Positions 1-8,530 of a stretch of DNA of 64,000 bases are shown here, one piece after another. Position numbers and translations under genes: made by a program. The stretch's first letter is position 1. Every line of letters begins with the position of its first letter. The stretch is from Candidatus Aenigmatarchaeota archaeon (lineage in GTDB: Archaea > Aenigmatarchaeota > Aenigmatarchaeia > CG10238-14 > SCSR01), in the NCBI GenBank assembly GCA_039090665.1, contig JAWCSL010000002.1:1-64000 (forward strand). The letters run 5' to 3'. The notes below the pieces were generated by a model. It was given only the letters and a program-made list of their open reading frames with translations. It was not told the DNA's origin and did no database searches.

Positions 1-1
1 A

Positions 2-601
2 ATAGCTTTAGTTCAAGACATATTGGTTATGGAAGTCTACAACAACTTTCCCAAAGCAGTTATCCGTGGAGGAACTGCGTTATGGCGCTGCTACGGGAGC
101 AACAGGTTTTCTGAAGATCTCGATTTCTACCTTCCTTTGAATCTCAAACAAGAAAAATTTGAAAATTTTTTAAATGGTTTGAAACAAAAAGGGTTTGGGA
201 TAGAAAAATTTAAGAGAACGGAAAATTCAATATTTTCCAAATTTTCTTACCTTGAAGCGACAGTAAGATTTGAAGCGGTTTTAAAGAATGTTAAGAATTT
301 TGTGACCAAAAATTTTGAGATGAGTGATGGCACATTCATCCTAGTCAACACTTTAACTCCAGAAAACATGCTTGAGGAAAAAATTTTAACATATATGGAG
401 AGGAGAAGAGTTAGAGATCTTTACGATATTTTCTTTCTTTTGAAAATATGCAGGAAAGAAAATGTAAAGGACAATGTGAGAAAGTTAATGGAGGAATTTA
501 AAAAACCAATCGATGAAAAAGAATTGAAAGTTTTGATAATTTCTGGCAGCATTCCTTCTGTTGAGGAAATGTTGAGAGTGGTGAGAATATGGGCAAAATA
601 A
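2..601 (+). CDS. AbiEii/AbiGii-family nucleotidyltransferase toxin (type IV TA), 5'-truncated by window edge
   Basis: GGTALWRCYGSNRFSEDLDF motif, EEKI and RVRDLYD C-terminal motifs; frame is open from base 2. Confidence 0.85.
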   Translation: MALVQDILVMEVYNNFPKAVIRGGTALWRCYGSNRFSEDLDFYLPLNLKQEKFENFLNGLKQKGFGIEKFKRTENSIFSKFSYLEATVRFEAVLKNVKNFVTKNFEMSDGTFILVNTLTPENMLEEKILTYMERRRVRDLYDIFFLLKICRKENVKDNVRKLMEEFKKPIDEKELKVLIISGSIPSVEEMLRVVRIWAK

Positions 602-1164
602 TATACTTGAACAAGCTAAGAGAATTTTTTAAGACAACACCTGTTTTTAGAGCAAAAGATGTAGAAGTTCTCATAAAAAACAAAAAGTACAGCCATTTAA
701 TTCTTTCCAAGCTTTCAAAAAAAGATGAAATAAAAAGAGTTGTGAAAGGCTGGTACAGTTTATATGACGATCCCATAATTTCTGTATTTTGTTTCAGGCC
801 AGCTTATATCGGCCTTCAAGAGGCCTTAAGCATTCACAACCTTTGGGAACAAGAAACAAATGTTGTTATTGTGTCCACAAGAAAAATAAGAACTGGCGTA
901 AGAAAAGTTTTCAACAGCAATGTAATTTTACATAGGATTGATGAGAAGTATTTTTTCGGGTACGATTACATAAACTATGAGAAATTTTTTGTTCCTGTTT
1001 CCGATATAGAAAAGACTTTGATAGACTTGGTTTATTTTAATGAAATTCCAAGCAAGGATGTACTAGTTGAAATAAAAAAGAAATTGAATAAAGATAAGCT
1101 GAATACTTATCTGAAAAAATTTCAACCAAAATTTAGAGAGCGAGTAATTAATTTGATTTTTTAA
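589..1164 (+). CDS. AbiEi-like type IV TA antitoxin / transcriptional regulator
   Basis: N-terminal wHTH-like segment (RVVKGWYSL), AYIGLQEALSIH, VPVSDIEKTLIDL; overlaps toxin stop. Confidence 0.8.
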   Translation: MGKIIYLNKLREFFKTTPVFRAKDVEVLIKNKKYSHLILSKLSKKDEIKRVVKGWYSLYDDPIISVFCFRPAYIGLQEALSIHNLWEQETNVVIVSTRKIRTGVRKVFNSNVILHRIDEKYFFGYDYINYEKFFVPVSDIEKTLIDLVYFNEIPSKDVLVEIKKKLNKDKLNTYLKKFQPKFRERVINLIF

Positions 1165-1298
1165 TCCTTTTGCTCATTTGTTTGAGTCTTGCAAGTTGTG
1201 TTTTTTTCTCTACAGAAAAAGGCAGTAAATACTTTGCTTTTCTGAGTGGCATTAGTTAAAAGCCAAATGCTTTCTTTACTATGCTCAGGCAATTTAAA

Positions 1299-1326
1299 CT
1301 GCTTGTAAGCTATTGTTTGCAAGCAG
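1299..1326 (+). terminator. 12-bp hairpin between convergent genes
   Basis: ctgcttgtaagc-tatt-gtttgcaagcag, fully paired with two G-U pairs on the + strand. Confidence 0.35.
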
Positions 1327-1342
1327 AGATTCCCTCAAAAAA

Positions 1343-2583
1343 TTAAATGAAAAAGTGAGGTACAAAAGCAACTTCTGTTTGACCTATTTTTTCTGTCTTG
1401 AATTCTCTCTCTGTTATCACAAGAGCTCTCTTGGGTTTGTAAGTGTTCAAAAAACTCAAAAAACCTTTACGCAGCTTTACTCCACTTTTAACTTTCACTG
1501 GAATAACATTTTGGCCCAATTGCAACACGAAATCAACTTCTGCTTTTCCTGTTGTACGCCAATAACAAATTTTGTCTTCAAAGTTTGCCCTTAATTCGTT
1601 GAGTACAAAATTTTCAAACAAAATTCCCTTATCAGTTCTGCTTTCGATGGGAAGAAAGTTATTAATTAGAGAATTCCTCAAGCCAGTGTCAATGAAATAA
1701 ATCTTTTTTGTCTTTTTGAGTTCTGTTGATAAGTTTTTGTAAAATGGTGGGATCAAATCAATTATGTATGTAGACTTCAGGATTGTTAAATAATATTCCA
1801 GGGTTTTAAAATCTATTTTAAATTTTCGCATAATCGATGAAAACTCAACCAAAGAACCATTATTAAAACTAAGGTAGTTTAGCAAATTTCTGAATTTTTC
1901 TAGATGTCTAATGTTAAGGAAAAAGAAAATATCTTTTTCAAGGTACGTCCTAACTAGATTTTTTAAAAGCCCTTTTTTGATCTCTTCATCTTCTTCTTTC
2001 ACAACAGCAGGAAACCCACCAAAAATCAAATATTCTTGAAGCAGTGATCTGAATTCATGCTCAAAAACAAGCTCAATTCGGATCGGCTTACCATTTAAGA
2101 TGAAATCTTTAACAGCAGCTTTGTAAGATGAAAAAATCTTATGTAAGTCTGGAGCTTTCCACAGCAAGAATTCCTCAAAATCTAAAGGTAAAAGTTCAAA
2201 ATAAATTGCTCTTCCAACAAGATATTTTCCTACTTCAACCTTTATGTCAAACGAGCCCGAGCCTGTGACGAAGAGTTTGAGTTTATCAGAGAAAAGATCA
2301 TAAATTAGTTTTATTTTCTTTCCAGCTTCTTTACAGTATTGTGCTTCATCGATAAACAATAATTTTTTTTCTATGAATCTGTTTGCGAATTCTTTCGGCG
2401 AAGATTCAAAAGCTGTCAACATCTCCTCATCTTCCAATGTTGTGTAGCCACCCCCAGTTTTTCTTTCAAATGTAGCAATAAAGTTGTTTTGCCACTTTGT
2501 CGAGGCCCTTTAATCAAAACAATTTCTCTTCTTTTCAGCCATTTACTCATTTTTGCTCTGAGGAAATTTTTAAGGTAAGCCAA
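1343..2583 (-). pseudogene. AAA+ ATPase (AAA_14 + DUF4143), frameshifted
   Basis: Walker A GPRQSGKTT is in a different frame (2456-2583) from Walker B FIDEAQ and the rest (1343-2437); the frames join at the C5 run 2451-2455; C-terminal nuclease-like motif reads IPVKVK instead of the usual EVK. Confidence 0.8.
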
Positions 2584-2599
2584 CAGGCTTAAGAAATTA

Positions 2600-3871
2600 T
2601 TAAATTAGCCACTTCCACAAAGGCTCACAAACTATTTTTCTTCCTTCAAATTTCATCTCATCTTCATAGTCCCAAGTTATCATCAACAAATTTTTACACT
2701 TAAGCTCTTCACTTGCTTTTATCAAAGCCTTTATTTCCCTCTTTTCAACTTCATCTCTATCAGAAGCATAAGTTACTTGAATCAACTGCTTTATTTTCAA
2801 TCCTTCCTTCAACACAAAATCAACTTCATAATCATTTGATTTGAAGTAAAAAATGTCGTCAAATTTTCCTTCGAATTTTTTCTTCAAGAGTTGCATAGCT
2901 ACTAAGTTTTCAATTTTTTTGCCAATATCTCTTGAAAATCTTGGTTCAATTCCAAAGTAAACATTATCAACTAAATAAATCTTAGCAGGATACTGAGCCC
3001 TTTCGCTATACTTTAGAGAAAATCTCTTCACAGGAAAAACAAACAGGGCTTCTTCCACATACCTTAAGTAATTCGCCAAAGTCTTTTTGCTAACTTTTAA
3101 GCCAAATGATTTTAATGCATTCTCAATTTTTGATATCGAGACATAAGAAGAAGAATTGGTTATACAATATCTAACAAAATAATCCATGAGTGCTATGTTT
3201 TTAATTTTGAACCTTTCTATCAAGTCCTTGAAGAATATTGTGGTGAAATAAGTTCTTGCAATTTCAAGTTTTTTATTTTTTTCATCAGCCAAAAGAATTT
3301 CCGGATAACCTCCAAATTCAACATACTCTTTCAAAAACCTTAAAATTTCTCCAACTTTTGCTTCTGAAACTTCTTCTTCAATTTTGAATTTTTTAATTTC
3401 AAGGAATTCTCTGAAGTTGAAAGGAAAAATTATGAAAGAAATACACCTCCCCCTCAGTTCTGTTGAAATTTCTTTGCTTAAGAGTTTTGAAGAAGAGCCA
3501 GAAATTATTATTTTATATTTTTGAAAATTGTGTAGAGTTCTGAGAAAAGAAGACCAATTCTCAAGTTCTTGAATTTCGTCTAAGAAAAGAAAGATCTTGC
3601 CTTCAAATAAAGAATTCACTTCTTTCAAAAATTCAGAAATCCCAACTTTTTTTGTTCTCGGATCAGTGAAATCCACGTAAACAACATTCTCTTTGCTGAG
3701 TTTCTTCTCAAAAAGCTCCTTTATGAGTTGAAACATGAAGTAAGTTTTCCCCGCTCTTCTTGGTCCTATTATTGAAACTATATGATTGTTCATCCAAACT
3801 TTTAAATCCCTTTTAACTATGTTTTCTGGCAGTTCTCTCTCTTTCCACTCCAACAAAACCTCTCTTAACAT
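2600..3871 (-). CDS. AAA+ ATPase (AAA_14 + DUF4143)
   Basis: GPRRAGKT, FLDEIQ, FGGYPE, EVDFV...IQV, C-terminal PLWKWLI. Confidence 0.9.
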   Translation of the reverse strand: MLREVLLEWKERELPENIVKRDLKVWMNNHIVSIIGPRRAGKTYFMFQLIKELFEKKLSKENVVYVDFTDPRTKKVGISEFLKEVNSLFEGKIFLFLDEIQELENWSSFLRTLHNFQKYKIIISGSSSKLLSKEISTELRGRCISFIIFPFNFREFLEIKKFKIEEEVSEAKVGEILRFLKEYVEFGGYPEILLADEKNKKLEIARTYFTTIFFKDLIERFKIKNIALMDYFVRYCITNSSSYVSISKIENALKSFGLKVSKKTLANYLRYVEEALFVFPVKRFSLKYSERAQYPAKIYLVDNVYFGIEPRFSRDIGKKIENLVAMQLLKKKFEGKFDDIFYFKSNDYEVDFVLKEGLKIKQLIQVTYASDRDEVEKREIKALIKASEELKCKNLLMITWDYEDEMKFEGRKIVCEPLWKWLI

Positions 3872-3881
3872 AAAAGAAATA

Positions 3882-3914
3882 TAGAAAACAAAAATATATA
3901 TTTTTTGTTTCCTA
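3882..3914 (-). promoter_or_regulatory. TATA box bracketed by a 12/13-bp inverted repeat upstream of the DUF4143 ATPase
   Basis: tagaaaacaaaaa-tatatat-tttttgtttccta, centred about 27 bp upstream of ATG 3871. Confidence 0.5.
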
Positions 3915-4033
3915 CAGGGAAATAAAAAATGTGATAACCAAAAGCTTGTTATGCTAAGAATAGGTTACACTTTCACTTTTCTTCCAAAAACCACTTCCAC
4001 AAAGGCGGGAAGTTAAAGATTTAACCTTTTCAC

Positions 4034-4435
4034 TTATTTATCAGGATTCACTCGCAAGCTTATAGATAAATCGAGCTCATTTTCTTCAACTTTGACCAAA
4101 TAGTCAACTCCAAATCTCACACGCTTTTTCCCATCACCCACAACCAAAAATTTCGCATCCTTGTAAATTTCAACACTCACAGGCTCTCTATTCTGTAAAG
4201 GAATTAAAGCTCTGTAATGATTTCTCCCATCTTTCCATATTTCTTCTGATGTCAAGATTTCGGCTATTTTTTCGCACAACTCCCAGTCTACATGGCAGTA
4301 TCTTTTCATCAGCCACTGCAAAAATTCTTCTTCTGAGATTTCATTTTTCTGAAGTTTGTGAAATTGGTCAAGCAAGCAATAAACTTCCCTATAGCTCTTT
4401 AATTCCCTTTTCAAATACTCCAACATTTTCATCAA
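4034..4435 (-). CDS. hypothetical protein
   Basis: 133-aa ORF with its own palindromic TATA (ctaaatatatatttag, 4456-4471). Confidence 0.65.
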   Translation of the reverse strand: MMKMLEYLKRELKSYREVYCLLDQFHKLQKNEISEEEFLQWLMKRYCHVDWELCEKIAEILTSEEIWKDGRNHYRALIPLQNREPVSVEIYKDAKFLVVGDGKKRVRFGVDYLVKVEENELDLSISLRVNPDK

Positions 4436-4554
4436 TTGTTTTGAAGAAAAAAAGCCTAAATATATATTTAGAACTCAAGGAGTGGTGAATTTCGATTTTA
4501 TTCAAGATCAATCACCCACTTCCACAAAGGCTTACGAAAGAACAAAACTATTTT

Positions 4555-5328
4555 TTATCTTAATTTCACTTCTTTTGCTTTTTCCCACAAGCTTCTCATA
4601 TAGCTGTCTAGCATGTTAACAAAAGAAGGATCTTTTGACCAAATTGAATGGAAGTTCAGCTTCTCACCATTTTCCAATCTAACCATAGCCTCTTTTCCAT
4701 CAACAACAACTATTCTTGGATGTAAGCCAAGTTCAACAACCCTCAGTTTAATCCCACTCTTCAAGTACCACTTTACTTTTTCCATGTTTTCAAAACCATT
4801 TGTTACCATGAGATGAACTTTAATTCCCCTTTCTTTACAATCGAGCAAAGCTTCCCTGTAGCTTGAAGAATAAGGCAAGCTTTTAGTGAAATCGTAAACA
4901 TATCTCCTAGCTTTTTTGAACATCTGCACAAGCTTGTCAAGAATTTCCATGTACTTTTCAGTCTTTTGAACCCAAACTCCTTCGGCAAATTCTTCATCCA
5001 CTTCTATTGGTCTAAGCAACCTGCTTATCAAAAAAGCTTTCTGCTTCAATTCTTTGAATTCTTGTTCTCTAGCTTCAAGCAAACTCTTGATGACGAATTG
5101 TGGAGTTACTGCTTTGAAAAGCTTAGGTCTTTCTTCAGAAATTTCCACAAGCTGTTTTTCCATCAAGCTTTCAAGCGTCACATAAATTTTTGATTGGGGT
5201 ATGCAAGCTTGCTTACTTATTTCACTTGCTTTAGATGGGCCAAGCAAGCTTAGCGTCACGTAAGCTTTCGATTCATATTCAGTCAAACCAAACTTTTGCA
5301 AAGTCTTTATAATTTCCTCCTTCTCCAC
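4555..5328 (-). CDS. TrmB-family transcriptional regulator
   Basis: GLTEYESKAY...IPQSKIY HTH; effector domain HPRIVVVDGKE. Confidence 0.9.
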   Translation of the reverse strand: MEKEEIIKTLQKFGLTEYESKAYVTLSLLGPSKASEISKQACIPQSKIYVTLESLMEKQLVEISEERPKLFKAVTPQFVIKSLLEAREQEFKELKQKAFLISRLLRPIEVDEEFAEGVWVQKTEKYMEILDKLVQMFKKARRYVYDFTKSLPYSSSYREALLDCKERGIKVHLMVTNGFENMEKVKWYLKSGIKLRVVELGLHPRIVVVDGKEAMVRLENGEKLNFHSIWSKDPSFVNMLDSYMRSLWEKAKEVKLR

Positions 5329-5396
5329 AATTTTCTCTTTTTCTATTTGGTATAAATTTTCTTTCTTACCAAATGAGTGGTTGTAAGTTCGATTTT

Positions 5397-5413
5397 CACC
5401 ACTCTGAGTGGTG
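5397..5413. promoter_or_regulatory. Palindromic candidate TrmB operator CACCAC-TCTGA-GTGGTG
   Basis: Perfect 8-bp arms around 1 nt; CAC-N5-GTG geometry; lies in the divergent intergenic region. Confidence 0.55.
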
Positions 5414-5450
5414 GATTAATTTCATTAGGCTATGGTGGCATCTTTTAAGC

Positions 5451-5585
5451 ATGAAAAATTCGGAAAAAGCTCTGAAGAAACTCAAGGAAGCTCTTGAAGA
5501 GTGTGGGTTGGAAGAGAAGGAAGTAGAAGCCCTGATGAACTTCTTGAAGAATTACTTGAAGCTTAAGGTGAGAAAAAAATGCTGA
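5451..5585 (+). CDS. 44-aa small helical protein
   Basis: MKNSEKALKKLKEALEECGLEEKEVEALMNFLKNYLKLKVRKKC; stop overlaps the next start. Confidence 0.55.
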   Translation: MKNSEKALKKLKEALEECGLEEKEVEALMNFLKNYLKLKVRKKC

Positions 5586-6586
5586 AAACTGGGAAGATAC
5601 CTTCGGATCTTTTGAAAAGCTTGCTTGAAAAATACAAACCCAAAGAAGATCCTAGGCTTGTGGTTGGACCAAAAATAGGGGAAGATGCTGCTGTTATAGA
5701 CTTTGGTGATAAGTATCTTGTTTTTAAGACGGACCCGATAACAGCTGCTACAGATGCAATAGGTTGGTATGTCGTTAACATTAATGCTAACGACATAGCG
5801 ACGAGAGGGGCAAAACCAAAATGGTTTCAAGCTACCATCTTGCTTCCTGAAAATAAAACGGATGAAAATCTTGTGAAAGAAATTTTTTCCCAAATTTCTC
5901 ATGCTTGTAGAGAATTGGACATAGCTTTGGTTGGAGGACACACAGAAGTAACTTACAATCTTGATAGACCGATTGTTGTTGGTTCTATGTTGGGAGAAGT
6001 GGAAAAAGAAAAACTAGTGACAACAAGTGGAGCAAAAGTTGGTGATGTTATAGTTTTGGCAAAGGGAATTGCAGCTGAAGCAACAAGCCTAATAGCAAGA
6101 GAGAAAGAAGAAGAACTGAGCAAAAAATATTCAAGGAGTTTTCTGGAGAAATGTAAGGGTTTTTTGTTTGACCCAGGAATTTCTGTTGTGAAAGAAGCTT
6201 TGCTTGCCAATTCAGTTGCAAAAATCAACAGCATGCACGATCCAACAGAAGGTGGTTTAGCTACAGGCTTGTATGAAATTGCAGAAGCTTCTGGAAAAGG
6301 CTTACTCATTTACAAAGAAAAAATACCAATTTTTGAAGAATGTAGAATTCTTTGTGAAGAATATGGTTTGAATCCACTTGGAGCTTTAGCTTCAGGTGCT
6401 CTTCTCATAACTTTACCAGAAAAAGAAGCGGAAAAATTGCTTAAAGTTTATGCAGCCAACGGAATTAAAGCTGAAGTGATAGGTAAAATCATGGAAAAAA
6501 GTTATGGGATGAAAATTGAGGAAAATGGAAAAATAGAAGATTTGAAATATTCTGAGAGGGACGAAATTCTCAAAATTTTTGAGTAA
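5579..6586 (+). CDS. AIR synthase-related (PurM/HypE/ThiL superfamily) protein
   Basis: GEDAAV, KTDPIT, NANDIA, GGHTE, MHDPTEGGL motifs. Confidence 0.85.
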   Translation: MLKTGKIPSDLLKSLLEKYKPKEDPRLVVGPKIGEDAAVIDFGDKYLVFKTDPITAATDAIGWYVVNINANDIATRGAKPKWFQATILLPENKTDENLVKEIFSQISHACRELDIALVGGHTEVTYNLDRPIVVGSMLGEVEKEKLVTTSGAKVGDVIVLAKGIAAEATSLIAREKEEELSKKYSRSFLEKCKGFLFDPGISVVKEALLANSVAKINSMHDPTEGGLATGLYEIAEASGKGLLIYKEKIPIFEECRILCEEYGLNPLGALASGALLITLPEKEAEKLLKVYAANGIKAEVIGKIMEKSYGMKIEENGKIEDLKYSERDEILKIFE

Positions 6587-6627
6587 AGAATTTTAGGTTA
6601 ATTTGCAAAAATTCTTAAAGAGAAAAA

Positions 6628-7428
6628 ATGGAGAAAGCTGAGATATTCAGTTTTTTGAAGCAGCTTGGTTTGGGAGAATATGAAGCAAGAGCTTACACAG
6701 AGCTCGTTCTACTTGGACCTTCTTCTGCAAACGAGCTGAGCAAAGTTACTGAAATACCAAAATCGAAAATTTATGAAGTTCTCGAAAGCTTGATGTCCAA
6801 GCAAATGGTTGAAGTTTTTGAAGAGAAGCCAAAGCTCTTCAGAGCTATTGATTCAAGAGTCGCAATCAAGAGCCTAATAGATGAAAAAGAGCAACAACTT
6901 AAAACAATGAAAGAAAAAGCAAAAAATCTAATTGCTCAATTAAAAACCTTTGAGAGAAGGGAAGAAGTTGCAGAAGGAATTTGGGAACAAAATGGAGAAA
7001 AAGCTACAGAAGCATTGAACAAGCTCGCTGAAATGTTTGAAAGAGCAAACAAATACACGATCAGCATCACACGCGATTTTTCCTTTTCACCAACACTCAG
7101 AGAAGCCATAAGATCTTGCTTGAGAAGGAAAGTTAAGGTGATGATGATAGCTATGGGAATAACAAAAGAGAATTTTTATGGAGCTAAGTGGTACCTTGAG
7201 CAGAAAATTCCAATCAGGGTTTTTGAAACAAAAGTTCATCCTCGCATTCTTGTGGTTGATGGGAAAGAAGTTGCTATAAGGCTTGACAGTAATCCAGTGG
7301 CCAAGAAATTCAAGTTCAAGACAATTTGGTCTAATGAACCTTCTTTCGTTGCGGTTATGGATAGCTACATGAAGAATTTGTGGAAGATGGCAAAGCCTCT
7401 TGACCTGGGATATTTCAAAATTTCTTAA
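6628..7428 (+). CDS. TrmB-family transcriptional regulator (paralog of 4555-5328)
   Basis: GLGEYEARAY...IPKSKIYEVL; HPRILVVDGKE. Confidence 0.9.
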   Translation: MEKAEIFSFLKQLGLGEYEARAYTELVLLGPSSANELSKVTEIPKSKIYEVLESLMSKQMVEVFEEKPKLFRAIDSRVAIKSLIDEKEQQLKTMKEKAKNLIAQLKTFERREEVAEGIWEQNGEKATEALNKLAEMFERANKYTISITRDFSFSPTLREAIRSCLRRKVKVMMIAMGITKENFYGAKWYLEQKIPIRVFETKVHPRILVVDGKEVAIRLDSNPVAKKFKFKTIWSNEPSFVAVMDSYMKNLWKMAKPLDLGYFKIS

Positions 7429-7494
7429 CTCTCTCAGTAAGTGAGAAATTTTGAAATACATTCAATTCATACTATAATAAAGGCTTAAATATGT

Positions 7495-7516
7495 CCATTA
7501 TAATAAATTATAATGG
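7495..7516. promoter_or_regulatory. Candidate VapBC autoregulatory operator
   Basis: Perfect inverted repeat ccattataat-aa-attataatgg between TATA-like cttaaata and ATG 7521. Confidence 0.6.
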
Positions 7517-7520
7517 TGAA

Positions 7521-7733
7521 ATGGTAGAGACATTTAAAGCAAAAGTGAGAAGTGTTGGGACATCCCTTGGGATTTTGATACCAAAAGAAATAGCAGAGAG
7601 GGAAAAAGTTAGGGAAGGTGAAATCATTCAAGTTAGTATAGTGAAGCCAAATTTGAAAGAAGTTATGAAGCTTTTTGGTACAGCAAAAAGTTCTTCAAAA
7701 TTTGAAAGGGATCATAAGAATAGGGAATTTTAA
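7521..7733 (+). CDS. vapB: AbrB/MazE-type antitoxin (VapB)
   Basis: KVRSVGTSLGILIPKEIA swapped-hairpin motif; translationally coupled to a PIN gene. Confidence 0.85.
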   Translation: MVETFKAKVRSVGTSLGILIPKEIAEREKVREGEIIQVSIVKPNLKEVMKLFGTAKSSSKFERDHKNREF

Positions 7734-8113
7734 TGCTATTCGATACTTTTGCTTGGGTCGAATTTTTTAGAGGAAGCAAATCTGGAAAAAAAGTCGCAGA
7801 AACACTGCTCAAAGAAAAATGTTTTACTTCTGTTATTTCTTTGGGTGAGTTGGTTGAATGGTGTTTAAAAAACAATTTAGAAGACAAAATAGAAGAATAT
7901 TTAAATGGGATAGAAAAGGTATCGGTAATCCTGGAAGTCAACAAAGAAATTGCGTTGTTAGCAGGAAAGATTAATAATGAAAGGAAGAAGAAAAATAAAA
8001 ACTGGGGCATGGTTGATTCTATAATTTTAGCAACAGCTGTATTTGCTGGAATCAAGATATTGACAGGAGATATTCATTTTAAAGATTTAGAGAATGTAGA
8101 ATTTTTGCAGTAA
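7733..8113 (+). CDS. vapC: PIN-domain toxin (VapC)
   Basis: FDTFAW, E, VDSIILATA, LTGDIHF acidic PIN residues. Confidence 0.9.
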   Translation: MLFDTFAWVEFFRGSKSGKKVAETLLKEKCFTSVISLGELVEWCLKNNLEDKIEEYLNGIEKVSVILEVNKEIALLAGKINNERKKKNKNWGMVDSIILATAVFAGIKILTGDIHFKDLENVEFLQ

Positions 8114-8167
8114 AAATGTCTCTACAGTCTGGAGAACTGAAGCAACTATTAGATTCTTAACTATCGA

Positions 8168-8530
8168 TTATTCCTTTAACCCCCAACCACTTACTAAGGG
8201 GGCAACTTCCCGAATATATTCTCTTAACAATTTCTTTTTGTTCTTACCCAAAATACCTTTACGTAAAAAGTAACCTGGATGATGAATAACAGAAATTAAC
8301 GTTTCATAACCATTGGGTAATTTTAACTTATTTATTTCTCCAAAATGTTTTAAAGAAAAAGCTTTCTTGAACGTTTCCCCCATACCAATCACAATTTTTG
8401 GTTTAATGAGTTCTAATTCTTTTAATAAAAAACGATTTTTACACATCTCATGACATCAATATCCCTTTTTACATCCAAAATATTATCAGATGTGCAGCAT
8501 TTTAAAAGAGAACCTAAACGACAAGCTTTA
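8168..8530 (-). pseudogene. Uracil-DNA glycosylase superfamily fragment, frameshifted
   Basis: FLLKELELIKPKIVIGMG...IHHPGY in one frame; upstream GSLLKCC in another frame; no intact N-terminus. Confidence 0.55.

Larger units (their letters stand above)
2609..4531. repeat. Three identical 16-bp direct repeats CCACTTCCACAAAGGC at 2609-2624, 3991-4006 and 4516-4531
   Basis: Exact matches read from the sequence; the minus strand encodes PLWKW. Confidence 0.9.

Noticed and set aside
2609..4531. CRISPR-like interpretation of the 16-bp repeats
   Set aside because: Spacing is about 500-1400 bp and irregular, the repeats are too short, and no cas genes are present
4690..4730. Phospholipase D nuclease activity in the TrmB C-terminal domains
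   Set aside because: Both read HPRxxxxD, not HxKxxxxD; consistent with the non-catalytic effector domain
8187..8201. Possible fourth degenerate PLWKW repeat (ccacttactaagggg)
   Set aside because: Only 10 of 15 bases match; could be chance
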